64,000 bases of DNA from a virus (taxonomy: Duplodnaviria; Caudoviricetes). The translations under genes and the position numbers were made by a program. The notes beneath the pieces were generated by a model. That model ran no database searches and was not told where the DNA came from. It worked only from the letters and a program-made list of their open reading frames with translations. This document shows positions 38,916 through 49,439 of the stretch, one piece after another. The DNA lies in the IMG/VR virus record IMGVR_UViG_3300043344_000002, positions 29,055 to 93,054 of that record. One strand, 5' to 3'. Numbering within the stretch: the stretch's first letter is position 1; every line of letters begins with the position of its first letter.

Positions 38916-39403
38916 TGAAGTGGGCCGCCGTCGCTGTTGTGTCGGTGGCCCGCTTCACCGGTGGCTGCAATCACACGTTCATTCAGGGCACGTGCGTATC
39001 GCCTGTGGTTGCCGCGCAGCACCCAATTGGCTCGCGTTACGCGGCCTAGGAGACAAGTGCACTTACGTGTAGTCATTGTCATGCTCGTCGCGATTAGCAC
39101 GCTCATCGCGTGTGGTGACACGACGAATGGCGTGGTGATCGAGAAGTACGAAGCTCGTGCCGGTGTTCCACAGACGTTCGGTTGCTTGAACACTGAGTGG
39201 CTGCTCGTCATAGACCAGGGCGAGCGCATCAAGTCAAAGAGTCGCTTCGTGAAGAAGTGCGTGTCGTACGTTGACGCGACGAAGTACAATATCGGTGATG
39301 AGTACCCGTAAAGCACCAATGGCGTGGACAGCCACAGAAGAATCACCATTAGCGCAGCGGGCTGGTTGGCTGCATACCGGTCAAGATGATGGTGATCGCC
39401 AGA

Positions 39404-39453
39404 GTCCGAAACGCCGGGAGGCGTCCGTGAGTAAGTCTCACGCTGATGAGGAC
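39404..39453 (+). ncRNA. type II hammerhead ribozyme HHR7
   Basis: GTCC-GAAACGCC(GGGA)GGCGTC^-CGTGAG(TAAGT)CTCACG-CTGATGA-GGAC; cut after 39425. Confidence 0.92.
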
Positions 39454-39470
39454 ATTGGGACGAGGAAAGT

Positions 39471-40118
39471 ATGACTGCTACGAAGTGTCTCTCGTGTCAG
39501 CACACCTTTGGTGTTGGAGGTAGAGCTTCTGCAGGACGAGGTCTCTGCAAAACTTGTCACAGTCACCACACGCATCATGGAACGCTCGAGCAGTTTCCGC
39601 GTAAGATGTGGAAGTCAGAAGAGTTGGTCGACGAGGCAAATCGACTGCAGTCTTATGGCATGCGACAGAAAGACATTGCGGCGAGACTAGGTGTAACCTG
39701 GGATGGTATCGTCTCGGCGAGACAACGCGTACGCATTCGTGCTGAGAAGAAAGCGAATACCATGGAATACACGGAGCACGAAAAGCTCAAGAAGATCGCA
39801 CCACTCTCGCAATCGATCGGTGAGTTCGTCGAGTGGCTCGGTGGTGAAGGTGTTCACCTGATGCGCTGGACTGAGACAGTTGACACCGAACCCTGCTACG
39901 GTACGCTTTTCACTAAATGTCAGGGTGAGGTGTGTCAGACGTGCGGTGGTGCTAAGACTGTTGAGGTTAAGCGTGAAACGTGGATGCCTCATGGTGTCGG
40001 CATTTCGGACATGCTGGCTGCGTTCTTTGACATTGACCAGGACAAGATCGAGCAGGAAAAGCGTCACATGCTCGAAAACCTTCGAGAACGAGGTGAAAGT
40101 AAAAGTGCAGGAAATTAA
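39471..40118 (+). CDS. Zn-finger/HTH-containing protein
   Basis: CLSC..RGLCKTC; QKDIAARLGVT HTH; CQTCGG. Confidence 0.65.
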   Translation: MTATKCLSCQHTFGVGGRASAGRGLCKTCHSHHTHHGTLEQFPRKMWKSEELVDEANRLQSYGMRQKDIAARLGVTWDGIVSARQRVRIRAEKKANTMEYTEHEKLKKIAPLSQSIGEFVEWLGGEGVHLMRWTETVDTEPCYGTLFTKCQGEVCQTCGGAKTVEVKRETWMPHGVGISDMLAAFFDIDQDKIEQEKRHMLENLRERGESKSAGN

Positions 40119-43100
40119 GGACACGGGTGAAGCGATCGACGCGATCACGCGCGTATATAACATCGCTCCGGGAGAGGACAGCATTCCCGACGCGATCTAC
40201 TGGGCGCCGGGTGACATGACTCGCTACACCGTCGCACTGCTGAAGATGAAGCCGCATGGCAGCGAGGGTGTGAACATTTCGACGATACTGTTCGTCAGCT
40301 CCGGTGGCATCTACCTCGTCATCCCAGCACCCACTAGCGAGTACTCGCAATACTCGGTCGAGTTGTTCCTGGCGAAGTTCGGAGAGCGTTACGCGGGGTG
40401 GTGGGGCGGTGTACGGCCACTACTCGCGGGTCTTGGCTGGACCCCGCTGAACGCACGTGACACTGACTTCAACACTTCCGACGCGAACACCATGGGGTCT
40501 GTCCTGCACCACCGGGGCCTGTAGTACGGTCGCTCTATCGAAAGTTGGGAGTGATGATAATGTCGGGTCAAGTCGTAAGTGCAGTGCTCGCGTTCGGGTT
40601 TGACCTCGGTGGGATTGAAGCGCGTGACGGATGGCGCTTCAAGGAAGTCGACGATAACGGCTTCGCGGCGTTGCCATGGTTTGGTGAGGCGGAATTCGAT
40701 AGTGATGCGTTTGGTGATTTCACTGACGTCGCAAATGAGTTTATCACGCGTGAATTTGCGCCCGATGAGGATCAGCTCGCAGTTGCGCTAAAGTCGGCCG
40801 GCGTGGAGGTACACTCCATCGGCTTTGAAAGTGAACGCGCATTCATCGCTGCGCACGTCATCGAGACGACGCCAAGTACGAGTGTAGTGATCAATCTTCG
40901 TGAGCTCGCGCTTAAGCAGGTAGAAAACTCGATGGCAAGCAAGCTCGCTGTCGCGCTTAAGGTGATGGGGATCACGCCACTCGAGCCGCATCCTCGCTGG
41001 ACACTCATCGCAGTTTACGATTAGGATACACGGAAAACTAGGAGAGAACATGCCGTCACGTAAGGAACGCCTGGAGATCCGGGCAGCAGTGTTGGCTGAC
41101 CAGTTAGGTATGCTGGTCGAAGAAATCGGCCACCTGTCCACTCGGCCAAAAGAACCGGCTTCGGACACGATCCGCTTCTTCAAGAAGTTTCGCGACAGTG
41201 AACGTACGTACAAGTACGTCGCACGTCGCGCAGCAAATGGCACGTGGTTCGTGTCAGGTCGCGTGAACACGGGCAACAAGACGTGGGATGAACTGCTCGA
41301 CTTCATCGAGGTTGATGACCCGGGCGCGCTCGCGACGGTCCGGGTGGCAGTGAAGTGGAAGGATCTGGTGCAGCCGTGAGCGTTCCTATCCCGGGTTTCG
41401 AAAAGCAGCCGGAGCACATGCGACCATCGCTGACGAATCGCGGCTTCAAGCACATGCCTGCACTCGATCTCGCGTACGATGGTCGAGTTGCTGTGTACGA
41501 ATCGTCAAGTGCTGATGAACCGCAGGTGTGTCTCAATGGGGTGATGAAGAAGCACCCCGGTGATCCTCGCAGCGAGAAGGTGTCGGTGTCGCTGCTCTTC
41601 CCACTGGACCAGGTCGACCAGCTGATCGATCAGCTGAAGTGGTTGCGTGACAATCACTACCAGCGTCCCGAGGGCGAGCGCTACCCGGTTGTTGAGAACG
41701 AACCGCCGTGGTGGCACCAGTAGGGCCGAGCGACGAGGAGGTCGAGCGGATCGCCCAGTTGATGGACGATCTCGCTCGACCCATCTTCGTCCTCCGAGGT
41801 GCTCGTGGACTACTCAGGACTAACGCTAAATCAAGTACACGAGAGGCCGCTAGCCAGAACCAAGGTGCCCGTAAGCGGGAGCGTAATGCAGCTGCGCAAA
41901 TCATTGCGTTGATCGACAAGTACGTACGGGAGAAATGATGCCGAGTCGCGAACAGCTTCGTAAGTTCCGCGCCGAGTTCACCGAGCTTATTCCGTGGGTG
42001 AATGTGCTCAAGCGCCCAAAGGCTCACTGCGCTGCGTTCACGGTGCCGTACTACCGACTCGGCTTTAAGACTCGCCGTGACATGACTGCTGCCGACGAAA
42101 GTAAGTACCGGTGTAAGCATCGTGGTCTCTTCCACTTCACTGCACTCAAGGGTGAACACGGCGGAAAGACCGGCACGTACTGCGAAACTCATCTTCGCAC
42201 AGTGTGCATCTTCGCGTCAATGGCTGAGGATGAACGATTCCAAAGATGGTGCGAAAAGAACATCTTCACGCTGAATGCGCTCAGGGTGAAGTATGGACTC
42301 CCACCCGTTCCGACCAAGCGTGAGTTGGAGGTGATGCACGGTGTTGAGCACAGGTGATGAATCCGTGATCGATGTCGAGCGGCTACGCGCGCTACTCGAG
42401 CACCTCACCGCACATCCTGAGATGCATAATCAGGTAGAGTGGGCCATCCGTGAGGATCGTGGTAATCGCCCGTGCAAGACTGCGTACTGCGCGGCCGGCT
42501 GGGCCGTTGTACTTGATGATCACTACTCGATTATCTGGCACGCAACGTCGGGTGGAGAAAGTTTTGGCACGCACGCAAGCGGGCCGGATGGTAAGCACAA
42601 GACCATTCGTGAAGTCGCGCAAGAATTGCTTAGCTTTGAGACATGGCAGGCATCGAGGTTCTTCAGAACGTCGAATTCGCTTCATGACCTGTGGAGCTAC
42701 GCTAACACCTGAACTAGCGGGGCGATTCAAACTCCGAGTAGTATCACTGAATTCGGTGACGAAACCTGACTTGACATCAGTGCGTCAAAACGCGTCCACG
42801 AGGGAGTACCGCGCGTAAAGGTTCGATCGGAGGACAACACTTATCCTCTGCTATGAGAGTTCCTGCGTGACTGATGTTGCGGAGAGCGGGTCATAGGTTC
42901 GTCTAGTCCCTGTGACCCGCTCTCATCTTTACGATACAATTGATCTTAGGAGATCTCGTGCCAAAATTGAAGCTCGAACAGCCGCTCATCTTCAACAACA
43001 TGCTCGCTGAAGCTGAGATGTGGGAGGAGGGATTCGTCGTGCATACGCCGGATAGCACTTATCCCTCGTTCATCGGCGACCTCCTGGACCAGCACTTCCC

Positions 43101-44120
43101 TGATCGGGATAAGACTGAATATCTTGGTCCCGAGATCACTGACGAGGACATCTTTCGTGATCTCCTCGCCGGTGAGTACGTCACCCCACTGGACATTGTG
43201 ACGGTGCTCGAACACAAGAAGCCAGTCGCTGAGGTGACGTCGTTCATTTCACTGAAGAGTGCATTTATCGGTCTTTCCGAGGGTGAACGCGATTACACCA
43301 TCCTGCCCATTCCTAAAGTTGAGGATACGCCGAGCTAAAATGCAGGTTGCATTCCGGATCACCATCATCATTCTGTCTCTTCTCGTTTTTGTGGTAACCG
43401 GAATCTGCTGGATTTACACGTGATAGGTACATCACCGAGTGATGAGTGATATGTACGATAGACAGAGAATGCTAGGAATTCAAGGAGAGCGTAGGGAGAA
43501 GTCGATGGGTTTGATGGACTCGGAGATCGCGGAGCACAGGGCACGTAAGAACGAAGCCGACGCGAGACGAATGCAGCAAGTCACAGAGCACGATGGTCAG
43601 CCTGAGCTGTGGTTTGACGCCACGTTCTCGATCGCCGGAATTGACGACATCCCGTTGCCGTGGAAGGGTGTCGACCACGAGGATGCGGCTCGCAGCTTTA
43701 AGATCTGGCTCGCCACTGTTGAAGATCCAGAGGTTGACGGCACGATTCCGTGGCACACGATCAAAGTTGTCGTTGATGGTGCTGAGCGTATTCTTACGTT
43801 CCGTGGAGACTGGGTAGCTGGCTTCAAGATGAAGGAGAAGGGACGGGCACGTGCCTAAATTCAAAGCGCACTTCACCACGACTGCGAGTGCGACGGTTGA
43901 GGTGGAGATTCCACAAGAGACGATCGATGAAAATGGTCTCGACATCGCGATCACCGATCTCGTCGAGAGCGGCCTGATCGACATGCCTGACGTCTGTGCT
44001 CGGTGTGGCGGCTGGAGGCAGACATACAGCCTTGAACTAGCTGGTGAGTGGGACACGAACGAAGTGACCGATGAGCAGGGAAACACGGTGTGGGGTGGAC
44101 ATGAAGCAGAAGGTAACTAG
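40092..44120 (+). other. run of closely spaced hypothetical phage ORFs
   Basis: ORFs ending at 40524, 41024, 41379, 41723, 41938, 42357, 42712, 43338, 43858, 44120 with RBSs or overlaps. Confidence 0.6.
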
Positions 44121-44353
44121 GACTTACATCTCGGGCTTCTGTTCAAGCTCGGCTGAAAGTGGACATGGCCGTTGTGGTCGCTTTCCACTACCCGAAGACA
44201 TGACGTGTAGGTGCCATTGTCACCTCCCTCAGGCAACTGAAGGGGCGACTGGTAATTTCCCTAGCGGGGAAGCTGCAGGCGGCCAGGCGGAGGCGACAGC
44301 GGCGGTAAACGACGGCTGACGGCCAGTCGGTCGAAGGTCCAGGAGGTTCTGAA

Positions 44354-44545
44354 ATGCTCAAGACTTTGTTCTCCCCGGAGTCAACAAAGGCATGGCTAGC
44401 CGCGATGGGTGCGCTTATTTCGGCACTCATCATGGGCAATCAGGACCACGTGATTGACCTCACTGACTGGCTGACTTCGGCAGGTGCATTCATTGGTACG
44501 CTAGGTGCCGTGTACGCAATTCCCAACCAAGACCCAGAAGAGTGA
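44354..44545 (+). CDS. holin-like two-TM protein
   Basis: KAWLAA...WL...LGAVYAIPN pattern of actinophage holins; AGGAGG RBS. Confidence 0.55.
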   Translation: MLKTLFSPESTKAWLAAMGALISALIMGNQDHVIDLTDWLTSAGAFIGTLGAVYAIPNQDPEE

Positions 44546-44551
44546 GACTTC

Positions 44552-45175
44552 ATGACAGCAACGATTGCCGTTTGCATTCCCACGATTCCCAGTCGGGAGG
44601 AGATGCTCGAGCACGCGGTTCGATCAGCGCAAACGCAGACGCGGCAGGCTGACGAGATCATCGTTCGTATTGACACCGAAGGTGTTGGCGCCGCGCAGAA
44701 TCGCAACATGGCGTGGCAGCTCTCCAAGCCAGACACTGACTGGATCGCGTTCCTCGATGATGACGATGTCATGTACCCCGATCATCTCGAGTACTTGCTT
44801 AAGATGGCCGAGGAGACGGACGCTGACTTCGTCTATCCGTGGTTTGATCTGTGGGAGGGTCCAGATCCGCTGTCACTGAGGGTGGATGGCAAGTACGTCT
44901 CCCCGCTAGGTGTGCCGTTTGGCGAGGAAGCGAAACACTACATTCTCACCGAGGGAAACTTCATCCCCATCACGGTGTTGGTGAAGCGCTCGCTCCTTGA
45001 GACAGTTGGCGGCTTCCCGCAGCCTGGTTCGGAAGAGTGGCCGGACGATCGCAACGAAGACTGGGGCTGCTGGCAGAAGATGCTGCGTGCGGACGCGAAG
45101 TTCGTGCACGCGCCCAAGCGTACGTGGCGTTGGGTCTGGCACGGCAATCACACCAGCGGCAGGGCCTGGAAGTAA
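44552..45175 (+). CDS. glycosyltransferase family 2
   Basis: VCIPT, GAAQNRN, WIAFLDDDD, NEDW. Confidence 0.9.
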   Translation: MTATIAVCIPTIPSREEMLEHAVRSAQTQTRQADEIIVRIDTEGVGAAQNRNMAWQLSKPDTDWIAFLDDDDVMYPDHLEYLLKMAEETDADFVYPWFDLWEGPDPLSLRVDGKYVSPLGVPFGEEAKHYILTEGNFIPITVLVKRSLLETVGGFPQPGSEEWPDDRNEDWGCWQKMLRADAKFVHAPKRTWRWVWHGNHTSGRAWK

Positions 45176-45238
45176 GTTCATCTGAGTGCCCGGTTCAGCA
45201 ATCCGCTGGACCGGGCACTTTCGCATCGAGGAGAAACC

Positions 45239-45916
45239 GTGATTAGCATTCTCTGCCCCACGCGTGGTCGGCCTGACAGCATGCAACGTATGATGACGTC
45301 TGCACAACGCACAGCGAAAGGCGAACTCGAATTCATCTTCTACATTGATGATGACGATGCAGCTTCGTATGACATGGCCGAGCGACTTGGCGCAGACAGC
45401 ATCGTCGGGCCACGCATCATTCTTTCGGAGATGTGGAACGCGTGTTGGATGAAGGCGCACAGTGATGTCTTCATGCACTGCGGTGATGACATTGTTTTCC
45501 GATCGGAGGGTTGGGATTCACACGTGCTTGATGCGTTTGCACGTGTTCCCGATAAGATCGTGCTCGTTCACGGACGTGACGGATATCAGGACGCGAATCT
45601 CGCCACGCACGGCTTCTACCATCGCCGCTGGACTGAGGCAACGGGATACTTGGTTCCGCCCTACTTTAGCTCTGACTACAATGACTTGTGGTGGACTGAA
45701 GTTGCTGACATGATCAGTCGTCGAACGTACCTGCATCACGTCTTCACCGAACACATGCACCCTGTTGTGGGTAAGGGTACGTGGGATCAGACACACAACG
45801 AGCGGCTCGCCCGACACCAGCAGGACAACGTCCAGGCAATCTACAATTCCAAGACGCATGAGCGTCTGGAGGACGCTAACAAGCTACGCGCTGCTATCGC
45901 TGCGTACACCGGCTAG
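45239..45916 (+). CDS. glycosyltransferase (GT-A fold)
   Basis: ISILCPTRGRP, YIDDDD, CGDD, YND. Confidence 0.85.
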   Translation: MISILCPTRGRPDSMQRMMTSAQRTAKGELEFIFYIDDDDAASYDMAERLGADSIVGPRIILSEMWNACWMKAHSDVFMHCGDDIVFRSEGWDSHVLDAFARVPDKIVLVHGRDGYQDANLATHGFYHRRWTEATGYLVPPYFSSDYNDLWWTEVADMISRRTYLHHVFTEHMHPVVGKGTWDQTHNERLARHQQDNVQAIYNSKTHERLEDANKLRAAIAAYTG

Positions 45917-45918
45917 GA

Positions 45919-46581
45919 GTGGGTATGGAACCTAAGTGGAACATCCTGATCGCCACTCTCGGCCAACGAGGTGATCGGTTTAAGCGTCTCATCGACATTC
46001 TCATGCCACAGGTTGATAAGTATGATGGTGAAGTCATCGTCACAGCACTGTGGAATAACGGTGAGCACTCGCTCTCGCATGTTCGGCAATCGCTCATCGA
46101 GCACGCCACTGGCGAGTACGTTTCATTCGTTGACGATGATGACATCTTGCCACACTACTTCGTTGATGAAATCGTACAGCGTCTCGACGGTGTCGATTAC
46201 ATCGGTTGGCAGATGCAGACGTACATCAATGGAAATCCACTTAAGCCGACATATCACAGCTTGAAGTACGATCGTTGGTGGGACGATCATCAGGGCTACT
46301 ACCGCGACGTGAGTCACCTAAATCCAGTGAGACTGCAGCTCGCCAAGCAGGCTGACTTCCGACGCACAACGCCTCCTGAGGACGTTGCTTGGTGCGACCA
46401 GATGCGTGGCCTCGTTCTCACTGAGCACTACATCAACCGTGTCATGTACGAATATTACTCATCAACGACGGATAGCACGTGGAACCCAGGTTCAGTGCAA
46501 ATGCCGACGGTCCAGGGGATGTACTCGCGTCTTAACGTTCATAGCCCTCACTTCTCTTATCACCCGAGGAGCTCAGAGTGA
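45919..46581 (+). CDS. glycosyltransferase family 2
   Basis: ILIATL, ATGEYVSFVDDDD, PEDVAW. Confidence 0.88.
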   Translation: MGMEPKWNILIATLGQRGDRFKRLIDILMPQVDKYDGEVIVTALWNNGEHSLSHVRQSLIEHATGEYVSFVDDDDILPHYFVDEIVQRLDGVDYIGWQMQTYINGNPLKPTYHSLKYDRWWDDHQGYYRDVSHLNPVRLQLAKQADFRRTTPPEDVAWCDQMRGLVLTEHYINRVMYEYYSSTTDSTWNPGSVQMPTVQGMYSRLNVHSPHFSYHPRSSE

Positions 46582-47549
46582 GAATCCTCATCACCGGCAC
46601 CGCTGGATTTGTGGGTAGTCACATTCTTGAGTCAGTGCTCAAAGAGACTGACTGGGATGTTGTCTGCATTGATTCGCTGAAGGCTTGGCATAACGGGAAT
46701 GTCCTGTCGACGATGCAGGCAATGTCCGCATCTGCGTTCGAGAAGCGCAGCATTACGCACTTGACACATGATCTCTCGGTGCCATTTCGTAATCAACAGA
46801 TTGACGCCATTGGCGACGTTGACTACATTGCGAATATCGCGTCGATGTCGCAGGTGGGTGCCAGCATTAAGGACCCCGTAGGATTCATTGGCAACAATGT
46901 CCAGTTGATGTTGAACATGCTTGAGTTGGCGCGCGAACTGGGGCCACGTCGATTCATTCACATGTCAACGGACGAGGTGTACGGATCGGGTGTCGGTTGT
47001 TCCCCAGCAGAACACCAGCCAAGCAGTCCGTATGCTGCCTCTAAGGCGTCTCAGGAGGACATCAGTCTCTCATACAGGCGTACGTTCAAGGTTCCGGTAA
47101 CAATTGTCAACAGCAGCAACATGTTTGGCCAGAGGCAGTCTGAGCTGGCCTTTATCCCCAAGGTTGTCCGCTGGATCAGTGATGATGCTCGAATTCCCGT
47201 GCATTACTACGGAGATGTGCCCGGTGGACGGCACTACACTTACGTGAAGAATGTCACTGAACACATTGTGCGACTACTTCGCGTAGATTCACTTGGTGAG
47301 AGCGCTTCTCCATTTCCCGATCGTGTGCATCTTGCTGGTCAGCAGTACGTCGACAATCATAAACTTGTTGAACGTATTGGGGTGCTCATGAATAAGGCAC
47401 CGTACATTATTACGCAGCGTGGTGAAGATGCACGACCAGGCTGGGATCCCAGGTACGCAGAGCTTGCTAAGAATGAAGACTGGAATCCAACGCACTCGTT
47501 CGGTGAAGGTCTCATTAGCACGGTGAAGTGGTTGGAGAGTAACCTGTGA
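46578..47549 (+). CDS. NAD-dependent epimerase/dehydratase (dTDP-glucose 4,6-dehydratase-like)
   Basis: ITGTAGFVGSH, STDEVYG, PSSPYAASK. Confidence 0.92.
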   Translation: MRILITGTAGFVGSHILESVLKETDWDVVCIDSLKAWHNGNVLSTMQAMSASAFEKRSITHLTHDLSVPFRNQQIDAIGDVDYIANIASMSQVGASIKDPVGFIGNNVQLMLNMLELARELGPRRFIHMSTDEVYGSGVGCSPAEHQPSSPYAASKASQEDISLSYRRTFKVPVTIVNSSNMFGQRQSELAFIPKVVRWISDDARIPVHYYGDVPGGRHYTYVKNVTEHIVRLLRVDSLGESASPFPDRVHLAGQQYVDNHKLVERIGVLMNKAPYIITQRGEDARPGWDPRYAELAKNEDWNPTHSFGEGLISTVKWLESNL

Positions 47550-48124
47550 ATGAACACTTGCTCAACGCGTACCGGCAGAACTGGGAAAGTGTTTACGACT
47601 GGGCGGGACATCAGGTTCGTCGCTTCATCTCGCATAGACATGAACCACTCAAGACAAGCATTCTTGACGTCGGTGCCGGACAGGGCAAGTACCGAATTCT
47701 TTTCGCTGACTACCCGCGAGTAGATGCGATCGAGATCTTTGAGCCTTACGTGGAGCAGAACTTGCTTCACGAGTTGTACGACACCGTGTATATTGGTGAT
47801 GCTAAGTACATCATCACGCAATTTCCCGATGGCACGCACTGGGATGTAGTAATTCTCGGTGACGTGCTTGAACATCTGGACCTCGCGGATGCGAAGCAAC
47901 TTCTCATCGGGCTTGAGCGTCTGTGCACTGAGTACTTCGTTGTCGTTCCATACGAATATGCGCAGGGTGAAGAAGACGGAAACATTCACCAGTGTCACTT
48001 GCAGGATGACTTGACGCCAACACTGATGTCGCGTCATTACCCGCAGCTTGAGCTACTCGCGATAGAGTCGAGGCCTGACGGTAGCCCGTTCAAGGGGCTG
48101 TACAAGAGGAGGACTAACTCGTGA
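47546..48124 (+). CDS. class I SAM-dependent methyltransferase
   Basis: ILDVGAGQG, GDVLEHL. Confidence 0.88.
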   Translation: MNEHLLNAYRQNWESVYDWAGHQVRRFISHRHEPLKTSILDVGAGQGKYRILFADYPRVDAIEIFEPYVEQNLLHELYDTVYIGDAKYIITQFPDGTHWDVVILGDVLEHLDLADAKQLLIGLERLCTEYFVVVPYEYAQGEEDGNIHQCHLQDDLTPTLMSRHYPQLELLAIESRPDGSPFKGLYKRRTNS

Positions 48125-49347
48125 GTGCGGTCAGTTGGATGGGCCTCGGCAAGCTGGGCTCGACGTGTGCGTGGGCGTTGGGTACGTACGGTGGTCATGA
48201 CGTCGTTGGTTATGACATTAGTCTAGACGTCGCTGCGGTGGAGAACAACCCGGGTGATGTCGTTAAGCGTGCCTCGACCGTCAAGGATCTCATCACGCAC
48301 ACTGATGATGTCGTGTACGTCGCCGTACAGACGCCTCACGGGCCGGAGTTCGGCGGTGAGACTCTGATGAACGATGATTACGTACCGCAGGACTTCGAGT
48401 ACGGTTACCTCATCAACGCGGTGAGGACGCTCGCGAACGCAGCACGTGAACTGAGTAAGAACATCACGATTGTCGTTGTCTCAACGGTGCTGCCAGGTAC
48501 GATGGATAAGCACATTCGTCCACTGCTTAACGTTCACACGAAGCTCGTGTACCACCCTTTCTTCATCGCGATGGGGACGGTGATCGACGACTTCACCAGT
48601 CCCGAGTTCGTGCTCCTGGGCGTTGATACTCCGGGTGATGAGCAGGCCGTCCTGTCGCTCTACGCGGGTATGCACTCGTCTCCCGTCAGCGTTATCTCGG
48701 TGGCATCTGCCGAGCTCACCAAGGTGGCGTACAACACCTTCATCACAATGAAGATTGTGTTCGCGAACACCATGGCTGAAATGGCCGATCATACTGGTGC
48801 TGACGTCGATGAGGTCACCGCGTCGCTCGCCATGGGTTCACAGCGCATCATCTCTCCAGCCTACATGACCGCAGGTATGGGTGATGGTGGTGCGTGCCAT
48901 CCTCGAGACAACATTGCCATGTCAGCGCTCGCAATCAAGCATGACATGAGCGTTGACCTGATGGGTTATCTCATCGCAGCTCGTCAGAGTCACGCTGGCT
49001 GGCAGGCGGCAACGATCTTCAAGTGGCATCGCCTCACTGGACTCGCCATCACGATTCTCGGCAAGTCGTACAAGCCTGGTGTTAATTCCACTGCGGGCTC
49101 TCCGGCACTCCTTCTCGCCGATCTTCTCGACAACGAGCATGTTCGCTACACGCACAGTGACTACGTGGTGGATGGTAACGACGCGTCATTTGCGACAAGT
49201 AACTTCAAGCCGCGTATTTTCTTCATCGCGACTAAGCACGAGAAGTACGCGAATGGTGAGTACCCGGCGGGTAGCGTGGTGATTGACCCGTTTGGTTACG
49301 TGTCCGTACCCGAAGGCGTGACACTTGTGACTCCTGGTCGCAAGTAA
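48121..49347 (+). CDS. UDP-glucose/GDP-mannose dehydrogenase family
   Basis: GLGKLG, AVQTP, STVLPGT, SAELTK..YN, GDGGACHPRD, LGKSYK. Confidence 0.93.
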   Translation: MSAVSWMGLGKLGSTCAWALGTYGGHDVVGYDISLDVAAVENNPGDVVKRASTVKDLITHTDDVVYVAVQTPHGPEFGGETLMNDDYVPQDFEYGYLINAVRTLANAARELSKNITIVVVSTVLPGTMDKHIRPLLNVHTKLVYHPFFIAMGTVIDDFTSPEFVLLGVDTPGDEQAVLSLYAGMHSSPVSVISVASAELTKVAYNTFITMKIVFANTMAEMADHTGADVDEVTASLAMGSQRIISPAYMTAGMGDGGACHPRDNIAMSALAIKHDMSVDLMGYLIAARQSHAGWQAATIFKWHRLTGLAITILGKSYKPGVNSTAGSPALLLADLLDNEHVRYTHSDYVVDGNDASFATSNFKPRIFFIATKHEKYANGEYPAGSVVIDPFGYVSVPEGVTLVTPGRK

Positions 49348-49439
49348 ATTCGTGTAAGAGCGCGCCGCGTGGTCAGTTCGTGAGGCTACGCGGCTCTCTC
49401 GTTCGTGTAGCGTAGCATCACTGTTGCTAAGATAGCGCA

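Noticed and set aside
42757-42860. Ninth hammerhead at GACGAAACCT
   Set aside because: No CUGANGA core downstream, and the GAAAC probably lies in a coding extension
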